A stretch of 59,832 bases of DNA, counting the filler. It is 4 parts of 4 records of this genome, joined end to end, with 100 filler letters (N's around TTAATTAATTAA, not from the genome) between each part and the next. Parts side by side here need not be neighbours in the genome. Positions count along the whole stretch, not along the records: positions 1 to 23,271 come from SRR20825019_1782; 3 more parts are not named here. One strand, written 5' to 3'. The notes beneath the pieces were generated by a model. That model saw nothing but the letters and a program-made list of their open reading frames with translations, made no database searches and had not been told where the DNA came from. The position numbers were made by a program, and so were the translations under genes. Shown here piece after piece: positions 1-8,776 of the stretch (within the stretch, counting starts at the first letter, position 1; every line of letters begins with the position of its first letter).

Positions 1-3
1 GAT

Positions 4-1392
4 ATGGCTGACGTCATAGATATTAATAAGCTGATGGCTGAAATTAGCTGGCCATCGCTTAAGATGCAGCGCAAGCAAAAAGCCACTGAAATCGAAAAAC
101 GTGAATTCGACAACAACCAGGCTACATCTTTTGTACAGCGTGTGCGAACGATCTTTGCACGGGAACAATCGGACACCGATAAGAGGTATGCGTCTTTTCG
201 CACTCTGATGCTGGAAATTCGGAGCGAAATAGATTTCGAAACTCGGGTGATCAAAATCAAAGAAGCGCTCGAAGACATGAAGCAAGAGGTTAGGCGCCAA
301 TTGCCCAAGTTGCGAGAAGCGAAAACAAAATATCAGGAAGAAAAAGCCGATTTTGATAATTACCGTGCGCTGAACGGCCTTACCCGACCAGCCATTGAAA
401 AACCGGACCACAAATACTTTTATGATCTCATTGGCATTCTCGCCATTGAAGCCCTTGGCAACATATCGATGATTGCGCCGGTGTCACCCAATCTCGTGGT
501 GGCGATTATTCTGTCGATGTTGATTGGCTTTGCAAACTTGAGCGTGATGTTTCTTGTCGGCTATTTTGGCACCAAAGGATTTTACACTCGCTTCCTTTGG
601 CGCAAGGTCTGCGCCTTTTTAGCGGTAATCTTTGCAATCACCGTCATGCCATTCTTTCACTGGATTGTGAGCATGTATCGCTCACAAGCCGCTCTGGCGT
701 CGAAAAGTCTGGAGAATGGCGACATCATGGCACTGCCCTCTGAAGGGGCGCTCTTCGAGGCTGTTGTCACCTATTTTTCGAAGCATGGAATTGGTTTTCT
801 GGACCTCACGGCCGTCCTGATGTTCGTCATCGGGATAATCATGGGAATATATGCTTGGTACAAAGGCCATAACTACGGAGACCCTATCACTGAATATGCA
901 GCACGGGAAAAGAAACTGCAGGAGCGGCACGATAACTTTTTAGTTCCAAGCGAGACTCTCCGAGAGTCAATCGTCGACTTGAGGAACGAAGTGCTCGACG
1001 AAATTAGTGACTACCTCAGAATGCTGCAGCCCCGTCTCCAAAACATCGATATGCACGTGGCTAAAATTGATGGTTTCGAGAAAGAAATAGTCCGGTTCTG
1101 CGACAGTTGCCGATCAGCGACGGATGTTTTCCTCAAGCGGTATAAATCGGATGTACTGGAAGGGGATATTCCCCCGTGGTTTTCTGCCATCGAGGAGCAA
1201 GCGGTTAGTACGATAGAACTGCCCGATCACTTTACTATCAATCTCAAAGAAGCCAGAGATTTGGCGGAGCAAGCCCACAAACTTGCCGAGACCGAAAGGC
1301 CAAGAGCCGAAGCCTATCAGAACGAAGCATTCAACAAGGTCGATCAGCTTCAAGAAAAAGTCGATAAGCTGCTTGAGGGAGTAGACGCATGA
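4..1392 (+). CDS. Membrane protein, about 4 TM helices flanked by N- and C-terminal coiled coils; first gene of a Zorya-like operon
   Basis: 462-aa ORF; hydrophobic segments at about aa 139-187, 200-222, 266-286; charged helical termini; stop overlaps next start (ATGA). At the window edge, so upstream context is unseen. Confidence 0.75.
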   Translation: MADVIDINKLMAEISWPSLKMQRKQKATEIEKREFDNNQATSFVQRVRTIFAREQSDTDKRYASFRTLMLEIRSEIDFETRVIKIKEALEDMKQEVRRQLPKLREAKTKYQEEKADFDNYRALNGLTRPAIEKPDHKYFYDLIGILAIEALGNISMIAPVSPNLVVAIILSMLIGFANLSVMFLVGYFGTKGFYTRFLWRKVCAFLAVIFAITVMPFFHWIVSMYRSQAALASKSLENGDIMALPSEGALFEAVVTYFSKHGIGFLDLTAVLMFVIGIIMGIYAWYKGHNYGDPITEYAAREKKLQERHDNFLVPSETLRESIVDLRNEVLDEISDYLRMLQPRLQNIDMHVAKIDGFEKEIVRFCDSCRSATDVFLKRYKSDVLEGDIPPWFSAIEEQAVSTIELPDHFTINLKEARDLAEQAHKLAETERPRAEAYQNEAFNKVDQLQEKVDKLLEGVDA

Positions 1393-2270
1393 GGCGCCCC
1401 CGAAATCACCGTTCACGGCCCCAACGGGCCCGACGGGGTCAGTCATTTTTTTCGTTTGAGTTATTGAGACGGAGCGCCGGACTTTTGTTGATGGCCGGCC
1501 TCTTCGGTACGGTTGCCTATCTGGTGATCAATGACGACAAATGTGATTATGCCAGCACAAATTTCTGTTCAAAGGAATGCCCTCCGAAGAACATTGTCGC
1601 GATCGGGGTTGATGCGAGCGGGGGGTTTGACGCCCGCCAGCAAGCTGCTCTCATGAGCAGCATACGCAGGGCAATTTCGACTGTGCCCGGATCCGAATAT
1701 TCCTCAACAGGCACAGGCCTGAGCAAAGGCGATCGTATAGATATTTACAACCTTCAGGCGGCAGCTGATGAGGCTATCGCGCCGCTATTATCAATCTGCT
1801 TTCCTGGGCAGGAGCCGACATCAGCCAATGATAATGCTCAGTTGGTTCGGAGCTATCACAATCGATTTTGGCAAGAAGTTACTCAGGTTATTTCCGGTGG
1901 GCTAAAAGCAGAAGCGGTAAATCAGTCACCCATTGCAGAAAGTATTGCTTCCATCGGCGATGTGGCCTTCCGGTCGGCTGACGCCATGTCATCTAAATAT
2001 ATGATCATCGTCTCCGACTTGCTCCAGAACAGCCCTGCATTCTCTGTCTATCGCGAAAGCCCTGATTTCAGCGCACTCAAAAAAAGACCCGAGTATGTAA
2101 AGCTTCGGACCGACCTTGGAGGAGCCAAAGTCTGCATGATCCGAATAAGTCGGTCTGATGCGCTAGAGCGCGCACGCCAAACTCCGAGACTATTGAATTT
2201 CTGGGCCGAATATGTCGCTGACAATCTCGGCGAATACGTTGTGGAATGCGAGACGCAGTTCAGGCTTTAA
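1389..2270 (+). CDS. Membrane-anchored VWA-like domain protein
   Basis: Arg-rich N-terminus, one TM, Cys cluster (CDYASTNFCSKEC), then IVAIGVDASGG (MIDAS-like DxS), SPIAESI and MIIVSDLLQNS, typical of VWA folds. Confidence 0.6.
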   Translation: MRRPRNHRSRPQRARRGQSFFSFELLRRSAGLLLMAGLFGTVAYLVINDDKCDYASTNFCSKECPPKNIVAIGVDASGGFDARQQAALMSSIRRAISTVPGSEYSSTGTGLSKGDRIDIYNLQAAADEAIAPLLSICFPGQEPTSANDNAQLVRSYHNRFWQEVTQVISGGLKAEAVNQSPIAESIASIGDVAFRSADAMSSKYMIIVSDLLQNSPAFSVYRESPDFSALKKRPEYVKLRTDLGGAKVCMIRISRSDALERARQTPRLLNFWAEYVADNLGEYVVECETQFRL

Positions 2271-2302
2271 GCGAGTACTAACTGGGATATTGGGGGCCCG
2301 TC

Positions 2303-3787
2303 ATGAGGAAAAAATCAAAACCTGCGAGCGAAGACACCGAGCAGGATCTCGCCACAGACGCAGGTGATGCCGACACACCTGAAGTGGCGGAAAGTCAACA
2401 AGTGGACGACACGCCACTTGATCAAAAAGATGTATCATCCCCTCAGGAAGAAGACATTAGTGCAGTTGACCCTGAGGCACAGAAGGAAGGCGAAGGCGAA
2501 AGCGATGTCGATACGGCGTCCTTGGGGAAGCCGACTAATCCGTCGAACTGGCTTGGGGGGCGTTTTTTCAACGGCCCCCATGACGATAATGTGTCCAGTG
2601 TTACGCGAGATGTACCCCGGTACAAAGTGTCGGACCAAAAGGAAAAACAAGCATTCATTGCCGTATTGGTGGTCGGCGTGGCCTTCGTCTTTTTTACCAA
2701 ACTTTTCGGCTTGCTACCCACATGGATCATTACCGGCACTTCAATGGTACTCGTCGGCGGATACGCATATCTCGCCTATATGATGCGAAACGAGGGAATT
2801 CGGGTCGACCGCGCCGGTGACAACGCCTACTACCTTGGCTTGGTGTATACACTTACCAGCATGTCTGTTGTACTGATCCGCGGAGATTTCGGCGCTGGTG
2901 CGGCTGAACAGATTTTGTCGGGGTTTGGTGTCGCGCTCGGATCCACAATCGCCGGTATCATATCGCGAATAATCCTGATCCAGTTCCGTGAGGGGGTAGA
3001 AGACCTGGAGCGAAGTGCAATGGTTGTCCTCAAAAACACCGTGCAAGACCTTGAGCACGCACTCATCAGTTCCGTTGAGCGGGCAACTGCGTTTTCTCGT
3101 GTGTTGGAAGATCACTCCTTGGCCGTGAAGGACACGTTCGCGGCGAGCTTCAAGGAGATCGAGACAACATCTCATGAGAACGTGAAAGAAATGAGCACTG
3201 CCCATATTGAATCACAAAGGGCGCTTGCGGAAGAAACCAAAGAAATCCTCAAAAGCGCTCGGGACTCTATGGCAGAAGCGGTGACACATATGGCTGAAAC
3301 CAGTCAGATAATTCGTGATGGTGCGAAGAGTGAACGGGAAGAATTTGGCCGCTTTTTGCAAGCGATCAGTACATTCTCCACCCAATTGGAAAAAGTTCAG
3401 GTCCCAACAGACATCATCACCGAGTTCATCCGCAGCCTTGAGGAACAACGCGACCATACCCGTCGCATCATCAGCGACACCGATTTGCTATATACAAATC
3501 TCAATGACAAAAGTGTCAACCTGAACAGGCGTCTTGAGGATATCACAGCAGATATTCAGGAACTCGCGAAGTCTATCAAGGACGAACACTCTTCAGTTTC
3601 AGATGTGACACATAGCTTGGCAGCGTTGGCCGATGAGGTAAAACGCTCCGGTACGCAGATCTCTGCCACCAGTACATCGCTCAACGCAGGCGTCGACGAA
3701 TTCAAAAAGAACAGCAGTGCCTATGTGAACACACTTGCTGAAACAGCAAATTTTCTCGCTGATGAAATTGGCCGAGGCAAACGGTGA
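2303..3787 (+). CDS. MotA/TolQ/ExbB (ZorA-like) channel protein with long C-terminal helical tail
   Basis: Acidic disordered N-terminus, 4 TMs with YYLGLVYTL and FGVALGSTIAG (MotA-family GxxxT and ALxT/ST motifs), then about 265 aa of coiled-coil-like tail. Confidence 0.7.
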   Translation: MRKKSKPASEDTEQDLATDAGDADTPEVAESQQVDDTPLDQKDVSSPQEEDISAVDPEAQKEGEGESDVDTASLGKPTNPSNWLGGRFFNGPHDDNVSSVTRDVPRYKVSDQKEKQAFIAVLVVGVAFVFFTKLFGLLPTWIITGTSMVLVGGYAYLAYMMRNEGIRVDRAGDNAYYLGLVYTLTSMSVVLIRGDFGAGAAEQILSGFGVALGSTIAGIISRIILIQFREGVEDLERSAMVVLKNTVQDLEHALISSVERATAFSRVLEDHSLAVKDTFAASFKEIETTSHENVKEMSTAHIESQRALAEETKEILKSARDSMAEAVTHMAETSQIIRDGAKSEREEFGRFLQAISTFSTQLEKVQVPTDIITEFIRSLEEQRDHTRRIISDTDLLYTNLNDKSVNLNRRLEDITADIQELAKSIKDEHSSVSDVTHSLAALADEVKRSGTQISATSTSLNAGVDEFKKNSSAYVNTLAETANFLADEIGRGKR

Positions 3788-4863
3788 TGCGGCAATCGGA
3801 TACAGAGTATCGCCGTGGAACACTTCTCGGCCTCACTCTAGCGGAAACACTGCTCATTCTGCTTTTCCTGTTTCTTCTCCTTTTTACAGATGTCATCGAC
3901 CAAAAGGACAAGGAGCAGGATAACCTGACGGCTGAGATCAAGCGTTGGCGAGAGGGGATCGAGAGTATTTTCGAAGTCCAACAGCCAGAGAAGTTGCCGG
4001 GAAAAATCGATCCGCAAGACCTGGATCGCCCTCTCGATGAGTTGCAGCTTATTGCCAACGAATATGCCACGGCCCGTGAAGAAATTGATCAACTGAGAAG
4101 TACACTTTCAAAAATTTCCGACGACCCATCAAAGATGGATGAAGTGGTTGAGCGTATCAAAGAAGTCGCCAAAGCAGAGGCCGAACTAAAAAAAATAGAA
4201 GAAAAGTTACCCAATAAGGATGTTTTGGTCGCCCAGGCCGAACAGCTTAAACCGCAGGAAAACCCAGGCGCGGTTATCGAACAGGTCATGGGTGAGCGAC
4301 TGGCCTTGCAGCAACAAGGCGGGAACATTGATGACGCCATTACATGTGCCGGCAAGCTCAAATCGTGCGACATGGAAAAGGAAGGTCTCATCCAAAAGTT
4401 TGCGGCAACCCTCGCGAATTTGGAGCCGGCGTCATGTTTAAAGTCGAATATGTCGTTAGATGGGATTCTGTCCGAAGGGAGCATTCTCTACAGCTTCGAC
4501 ATTTACCTTTCGCCTGAAGGTATCATGGTCATCCAGGGCGATGGTGTCCCCCCTCGGCCAGAGTATGGCTGGTATACGGATTGGTATGCGACGTTGGGCA
4601 CGCTACCACTAGAGAGACCCCTTTCCGCCGAAGAGTTTCGCCGCGCGTTCAAGCCCTTCTACGACAGAGCTGCCATCACAAACAATGCCGAACAAGGGCG
4701 GGATGGCAGGCCGTTTGGTAACAGCACGCTGGACTGTCGATTTTATGTTCGGCTCTTTCGCACGCCTGACCTGACCGATGTAAATTCAGCCGAAACCTTG
4801 CGCCACAGTGTTGAAAATATCTTCTATAAAAGCGAGCGGGGATCAAAAGCCTATGATGGTTGA
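3784..4863 (+). CDS. MotB/ZorB-like single-TM partner with coiled coil and non-OmpA C-terminal domain
   Basis: GTGA overlap with the upstream stop; TM GLTLAETLLILLFLFLLLF has Glu at the position of the MotB Asp; no OmpA motif (GHTD...NxxLSxxRA) visible. Confidence 0.65.
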   Translation: MMRQSDTEYRRGTLLGLTLAETLLILLFLFLLLFTDVIDQKDKEQDNLTAEIKRWREGIESIFEVQQPEKLPGKIDPQDLDRPLDELQLIANEYATAREEIDQLRSTLSKISDDPSKMDEVVERIKEVAKAEAELKKIEEKLPNKDVLVAQAEQLKPQENPGAVIEQVMGERLALQQQGGNIDDAITCAGKLKSCDMEKEGLIQKFAATLANLEPASCLKSNMSLDGILSEGSILYSFDIYLSPEGIMVIQGDGVPPRPEYGWYTDWYATLGTLPLERPLSAEEFRRAFKPFYDRAAITNNAEQGRDGRPFGNSTLDCRFYVRLFRTPDLTDVNSAETLRHSVENIFYKSERGSKAYDG

Positions 4864-5065
4864 TAGCGCCCTGAAACTAGCCTTGAGCAAGTTGCTCAGT
4901 AGTGCGTTGAAGCGCGTCGGCACCGAGTATGATTTCGAAGGCGTGGATTCTTTCCACCCCCGTGAAATTAACGACCTGAGGCCGATGTTTTCGTCACTGA
5001 AGGACCGGCAAGCAATTTATTTGCGAGCGCGCTACCATATCCAGAAATTCATCCGCAAATTCTAA
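4853..5065 (+). CDS. Possible small (70 aa) fifth gene of the operon
   Basis: ATG overlaps the end of the preceding gene; fills the gap before the convergent nuclease gene; no recognisable motif. Confidence 0.35.
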   Translation: MMVDSALKLALSKLLSSALKRVGTEYDFEGVDSFHPREINDLRPMFSSLKDRQAIYLRARYHIQKFIRKF

Positions 5066-5109
5066 ACCCGAATGCGCTTGGAAGGGCGGCATGGCAACGG
5101 GAAACCCTG

Positions 5110-6144
5110 TCAAACTCCCTCCAATCTCAACGCAATTATTTCCTTGGCTTTCAGGCGAATTTCGCGACTGAAATCGTACCAGTACCGCCCCTCTGGCACA
5201 TATTCAAAGTCGTGCAGCTTGGGATCCGTGAGCGCGTCGGTCACAATGCATATTCGGTATATGCCATCTGCAAAATGACCTTTTTCAAATGCCCTCATCT
5301 TCTTTGTCTCATTCGGACTAAACTCTGCCTGCACATCAGGCACTGATCGTCCTTTAACCTCAATGCATAGCGTGGTGTCTGCCCGCTGGGCCTTCAGGTC
5401 ATACCCCAAATTTTGGTCTTCAAAAGACTCGACGCTATAGCCCAAGCCAACGAAATGCCGTTTGACGTGCTTGATTGCACTCTTTTCCACACGCTTATTA
5501 TTTTCCACATCGACACGGCGCTTCGCCTTTTTTGTCAGCGGTCGAGGCACACGTCCGGCGACAATATCGTTGATCGCCGCCTGGATATGCGCACATTGGT
5601 CTGTCGCTTTATTGAGATAAAAAACCGGCGCCTGACCGGGCCATCCACTCCCTCTGCCTTGGGCTGTCGGGATGATGGTTGTGCGTTTACTGAGCGGGAG
5701 CAGATGACAGTCTCGCGCTTTCGCTTTCACTCTGAAGGTGAACTGTTCGCCTTTATAGGTCCGCATTTTCTTCGCGTTTTCATCATCATGTTCTTGCGGG
5801 TAACGGTAGAGAGTGGCGTTGTCATACCACCCCACGATCGCTTTTCCTTTGCCTTGGCGGGCAGGTGCCGTCCAGACTACTCTCACACCCTCGATGGCTT
5901 GATCTTTGGGCGCCGCCCCCAGGTTTTGAAGATTGAGCTGTTTCGGCTGACCGGATGACAAGGCATATTGGACATGGCCGTAACAGTATCCATCGATGTT
6001 CAGAAAATTGAACATTTCATGGCTCCAGTCCAATTCGGCGGGCCATTTAAAACCGCCAGCATAAAAGGAAGGCGGGGCCTCATATCCCTGATATTCTTTC
6101 ATCCATACGCCGTGCAACAGGACGGTTGGCGGTGTTTCTGGCAT
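5110..6144 (-). CDS. DUF3883 (NO VEIN C-terminal) PD-(D/E)xK nuclease with N-terminal putative DNA-recognition domain
   Basis: C-terminal VEKSAI...GYSVE...NLGYDL...IEVKGRS...FSPNE matches DUF3883; N-terminal WMKEYQG/HEMFNF/IVGWYDNATLYR domain; GGGAG SD before ATG 6144. Confidence 0.8.
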   Translation of the reverse strand: MPETPPTVLLHGVWMKEYQGYEAPPSFYAGGFKWPAELDWSHEMFNFLNIDGYCYGHVQYALSSGQPKQLNLQNLGAAPKDQAIEGVRVVWTAPARQGKGKAIVGWYDNATLYRYPQEHDDENAKKMRTYKGEQFTFRVKAKARDCHLLPLSKRTTIIPTAQGRGSGWPGQAPVFYLNKATDQCAHIQAAINDIVAGRVPRPLTKKAKRRVDVENNKRVEKSAIKHVKRHFVGLGYSVESFEDQNLGYDLKAQRADTTLCIEVKGRSVPDVQAEFSPNETKKMRAFEKGHFADGIYRICIVTDALTDPKLHDFEYVPEGRYWYDFSREIRLKAKEIIALRLEGV

Positions 6145-6369
6145 TGCGTGCTCCCATTTGGCATCAGACGTCGGCTGAACCTGAATGCATGGCCGCAACT
6201 TAGCCAAATATTTTCACACCTGTCACGAGCAAAAGCGCTCCCCAGCAAGCCCTCACAACCAGAGACAGTGAAGCACGCATTCGGCCCACACTCAAATATG
6301 GTTAACGCTGGACGCATGAAGTTTGCATCCGCATTTCTCTCGTCGGCCTTCATTTTCCGTTCAATATAT

Positions 6370-6402
6370 TTATCATCGATAACTTTCGGTTATCGATGAT
6401 AA
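6370..6402. other. loxP-like/res recombination site
   Basis: TTATCATCGATAA-CTTTCGG-TTATCGATGATAA: perfect 13-bp arms (14 with the inner C/G) around an asymmetric spacer, 7 bp upstream of the recombinase start. Confidence 0.8.
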
Positions 6403-6409
6403 TTGTGCT

Positions 6410-7558
6410 ATGCTCGCCACCATGTCCGACCCCGAAAAAGCCGATGAAACGGCCGATCGGCCACCGTTGTCACCTCCCCTCGAGGCGGACCAAGGCCTCA
6501 CGCCTGACGCACCTGCCACCAATCTGTTTACAACCGCCGACGCGGACGCTGCCCTTCTTATGGGGTGGCTTCCGGTCCAGGAAGCGCTACAACACGACCT
6601 GGATGAAGTGTATGCCCGGGTACGCGAACTCTCCTCGATGGCGCGTTCGGAGAATACCAAACGGGCCTACCGGGCCGGCTGGCGCCAGTATGAGGACTGG
6701 TGCCGCGGCATTGGGGTCAAACCGCTCTCCGGCGACCCTGGCATCGTCGCACTCTATCTGGCCATGCTCTCGAAAAAGGTGCTGCCCTCGACCCTCAAGG
6801 CCCGGCTCGCGGTGATCTCGGTCGCGCACCGCCTCGCCGGCATCAAGCTCGACACCCGCCACGAAGCGATCCGGCTGGTGTGGCAAGGAGCGGCGCGCGA
6901 GAAAGGCCTCGCGCCGCGCCGCCAAGCTCGCGCGCTGCACTATCGGGCGCTGCCCGCGCTTATGGATGTGTTTGATGATTGCCCGCTCGATATTCGCAAC
7001 AAAGCCATGGTGCTCCTCGGCTTCGCTGGCGCGCTCAGGCGCACCGAGATCTCCCAAATGGCGCTGGAGCATGTCACCCTCGCCAGAGACGGTCTCACGC
7101 TCTTCCTACCCCGCTCCAAGGCGGACCGTTTTGGTCTTGGCGAGAAGATCTTCATCTCTCCCCATCCTGACGCGCGCTTGTGCCCAATCAAAGCCCTCAC
7201 AGCCTGGCTCAAGATCCGGCCCGAAAGCGGCAGCCGGCTCTTCCTGTGTGCGAACAGGAACGGCAGTTTCCGGGACAAAGGGATCAGCGAGCAAACCGTC
7301 GCGCGTATCGTCAAGGATGCGGTCGAAGCCCTCGGCTTCGACCGCACCGTCTATAGCGGACATAGCCTGCGCGCCGGGCTGGCCACCTCCGCCGCTGACG
7401 CCGGCTGCGACCTCAAGGCCATCATGACCCAAACCCGGCTGCGCACCGCCAAACAGGCCATGACCTATATCAGGGATGCGGAGCGGCGAAGGCAGAGCGT
7501 GACGCGGACGCTGTTTCAGCCGATCGAGGTGGACAGTCAGGAGCCCTCACCCCCTTGA
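6410..7558 (+). CDS. Cre/TnpS-like tyrosine recombinase
   Basis: N-terminal core-binding domain (SENTKRAY...W), GALRRTE (Arg), PRSKAD (Lys), HSLRAG (HxxR), C-terminal YIR nucleophile; usual His/Trp position reads QTRLRT. Confidence 0.92.
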   Translation: MLATMSDPEKADETADRPPLSPPLEADQGLTPDAPATNLFTTADADAALLMGWLPVQEALQHDLDEVYARVRELSSMARSENTKRAYRAGWRQYEDWCRGIGVKPLSGDPGIVALYLAMLSKKVLPSTLKARLAVISVAHRLAGIKLDTRHEAIRLVWQGAAREKGLAPRRQARALHYRALPALMDVFDDCPLDIRNKAMVLLGFAGALRRTEISQMALEHVTLARDGLTLFLPRSKADRFGLGEKIFISPHPDARLCPIKALTAWLKIRPESGSRLFLCANRNGSFRDKGISEQTVARIVKDAVEALGFDRTVYSGHSLRAGLATSAADAGCDLKAIMTQTRLRTAKQAMTYIRDAERRRQSVTRTLFQPIEVDSQEPSPP

Positions 7559-7564
7559 GGGAGC

Positions 7565-8776
7565 TCATAGTTCCCTTTGCGCCCGTTGCCTCGCTTCATA
7601 GGCGCGCACGTCTGACACGGGCACCCGGTGCGTAATCCGCTTGCCGTGCCACAAAGGTTGATCTCTCAAATGGCCGCTAGCCACCAACCGGTCGAACTCC
7701 CGTTTCCCGATCGACAGGCGCGCGCAAGCATCCCTTTTTGTCAGAAAATTAGCCTGTAGCGGATCGAAGCCTCGTGCGCCGCCGCACCCGGTGACGCCCA
7801 ACCTGATTTCTTCCTGAATAATAAAATTATGTGTTTCGTTGAGACAGCTATCTACTGTGACGACCTGCTTGACCCCGTACAAAGTCGGATAGAGCCGCCC
7901 CAGAGAGTTCCAAAGGCCGCTTTCACTGACGGCTTCGTCCAATAAGCGGGCTTCGTGGCATTGGCGGAGATAGTTGTGGAAACTCGTTGGCCAGTGCTCG
8001 ATGGCTGGCACCACCAATTTCGCGAATTCCGGCCGGTCGAAATCGTTCACCTCGTTTTTCCGCTCAGGATGATAGCGATAAAGAAGCTCCAAGGTCGTGA
8101 GCAGTTCGCCGAGCGACATCACATCTGCTATTCTATGACAGTCGTTAATTCCGAGACCTAGTCCCCACTTCCCCGCCTTATGGGCAACCAGACGGGACAA
8201 TTTGAGAGCTGGTTCCGTGGCCGGGCGCGATTTCGCCTCATACAGAGCAGCACCGCATTCACCACAGCTCAATGGATCGGGGCGGAAGCAGGTAAGCCGG
8301 GCACCACAAGAAGGACAGCGGTCGCACAACATCGTGTTGTGACGAGGACATGCGGTGAATACGCGCAGCTCCCAGCAACGGTAGAAAAACCCGTCTTCCG
8401 CCAGGCATTCTGCGCAGAAGCGACGTGCCTGGACATCCACATTTTTTGCCCGAGCCACTTCACCGCCCGGCACAAACACGAAGTTTGCCGGCTTCCGCTC
8501 CGGCTTAAATGTCATTCTGGTAAAGCGACCGGCGAAGTAGCCAGCGTCGGCGTCCATCTTCTCGGCCAAGAGCCGGAGGGTTGCCAGATATTCCTTCCGC
8601 GGCTCGATATGACACCCGTAGGTCTCGGCGATGGCTTTGATCGACGGATAATAGTTGGCCGCAGTCAACCGCATCAGATAGCCAACAAAACTTTCGCGGG
8701 CGTGCGGTACCACAAAGATAGGGAAAGCGAGTGGCCTATCACGAAGCGGCCGGGACGGGATTTTACGCTCAATCAC
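7565..8776 (-). CDS. tniQ: TniQ/TnsD-family target selector with zinc fingers and C-terminal excisionase-like HTH
   Basis: PHARESFVGYLMRL TniQ signature; CAECL...W...CPRH...CPSCG...CGECG; C-terminal FLTKRDACARLSIGKREFDRLVASG HTH; probable GTG start at 8776 overlaps tnsC stop. Confidence 0.9.
   Translation of the reverse strand: MIERKIPSRPLRDRPLAFPIFVVPHARESFVGYLMRLTAANYYPSIKAIAETYGCHIEPRKEYLATLRLLAEKMDADAGYFAGRFTRMTFKPERKPANFVFVPGGEVARAKNVDVQARRFCAECLAEDGFFYRCWELRVFTACPRHNTMLCDRCPSCGARLTCFRPDPLSCGECGAALYEAKSRPATEPALKLSRLVAHKAGKWGLGLGINDCHRIADVMSLGELLTTLELLYRYHPERKNEVNDFDRPEFAKLVVPAIEHWPTSFHNYLRQCHEARLLDEAVSESGLWNSLGRLYPTLYGVKQVVTVDSCLNETHNFIIQEEIRLGVTGCGGARGFDPLQANFLTKRDACARLSIGKREFDRLVASGHLRDQPLWHGKRITHRVPVSDVRAYEARQRAQREL

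Noticed and set aside
2303-4863. Naming the genes zorA/zorB or flagellar motA/motB
   Set aside because: No OmpA domain, no recognisable ZorC-G, and no flagellar context; only family-level similarity is supportable.
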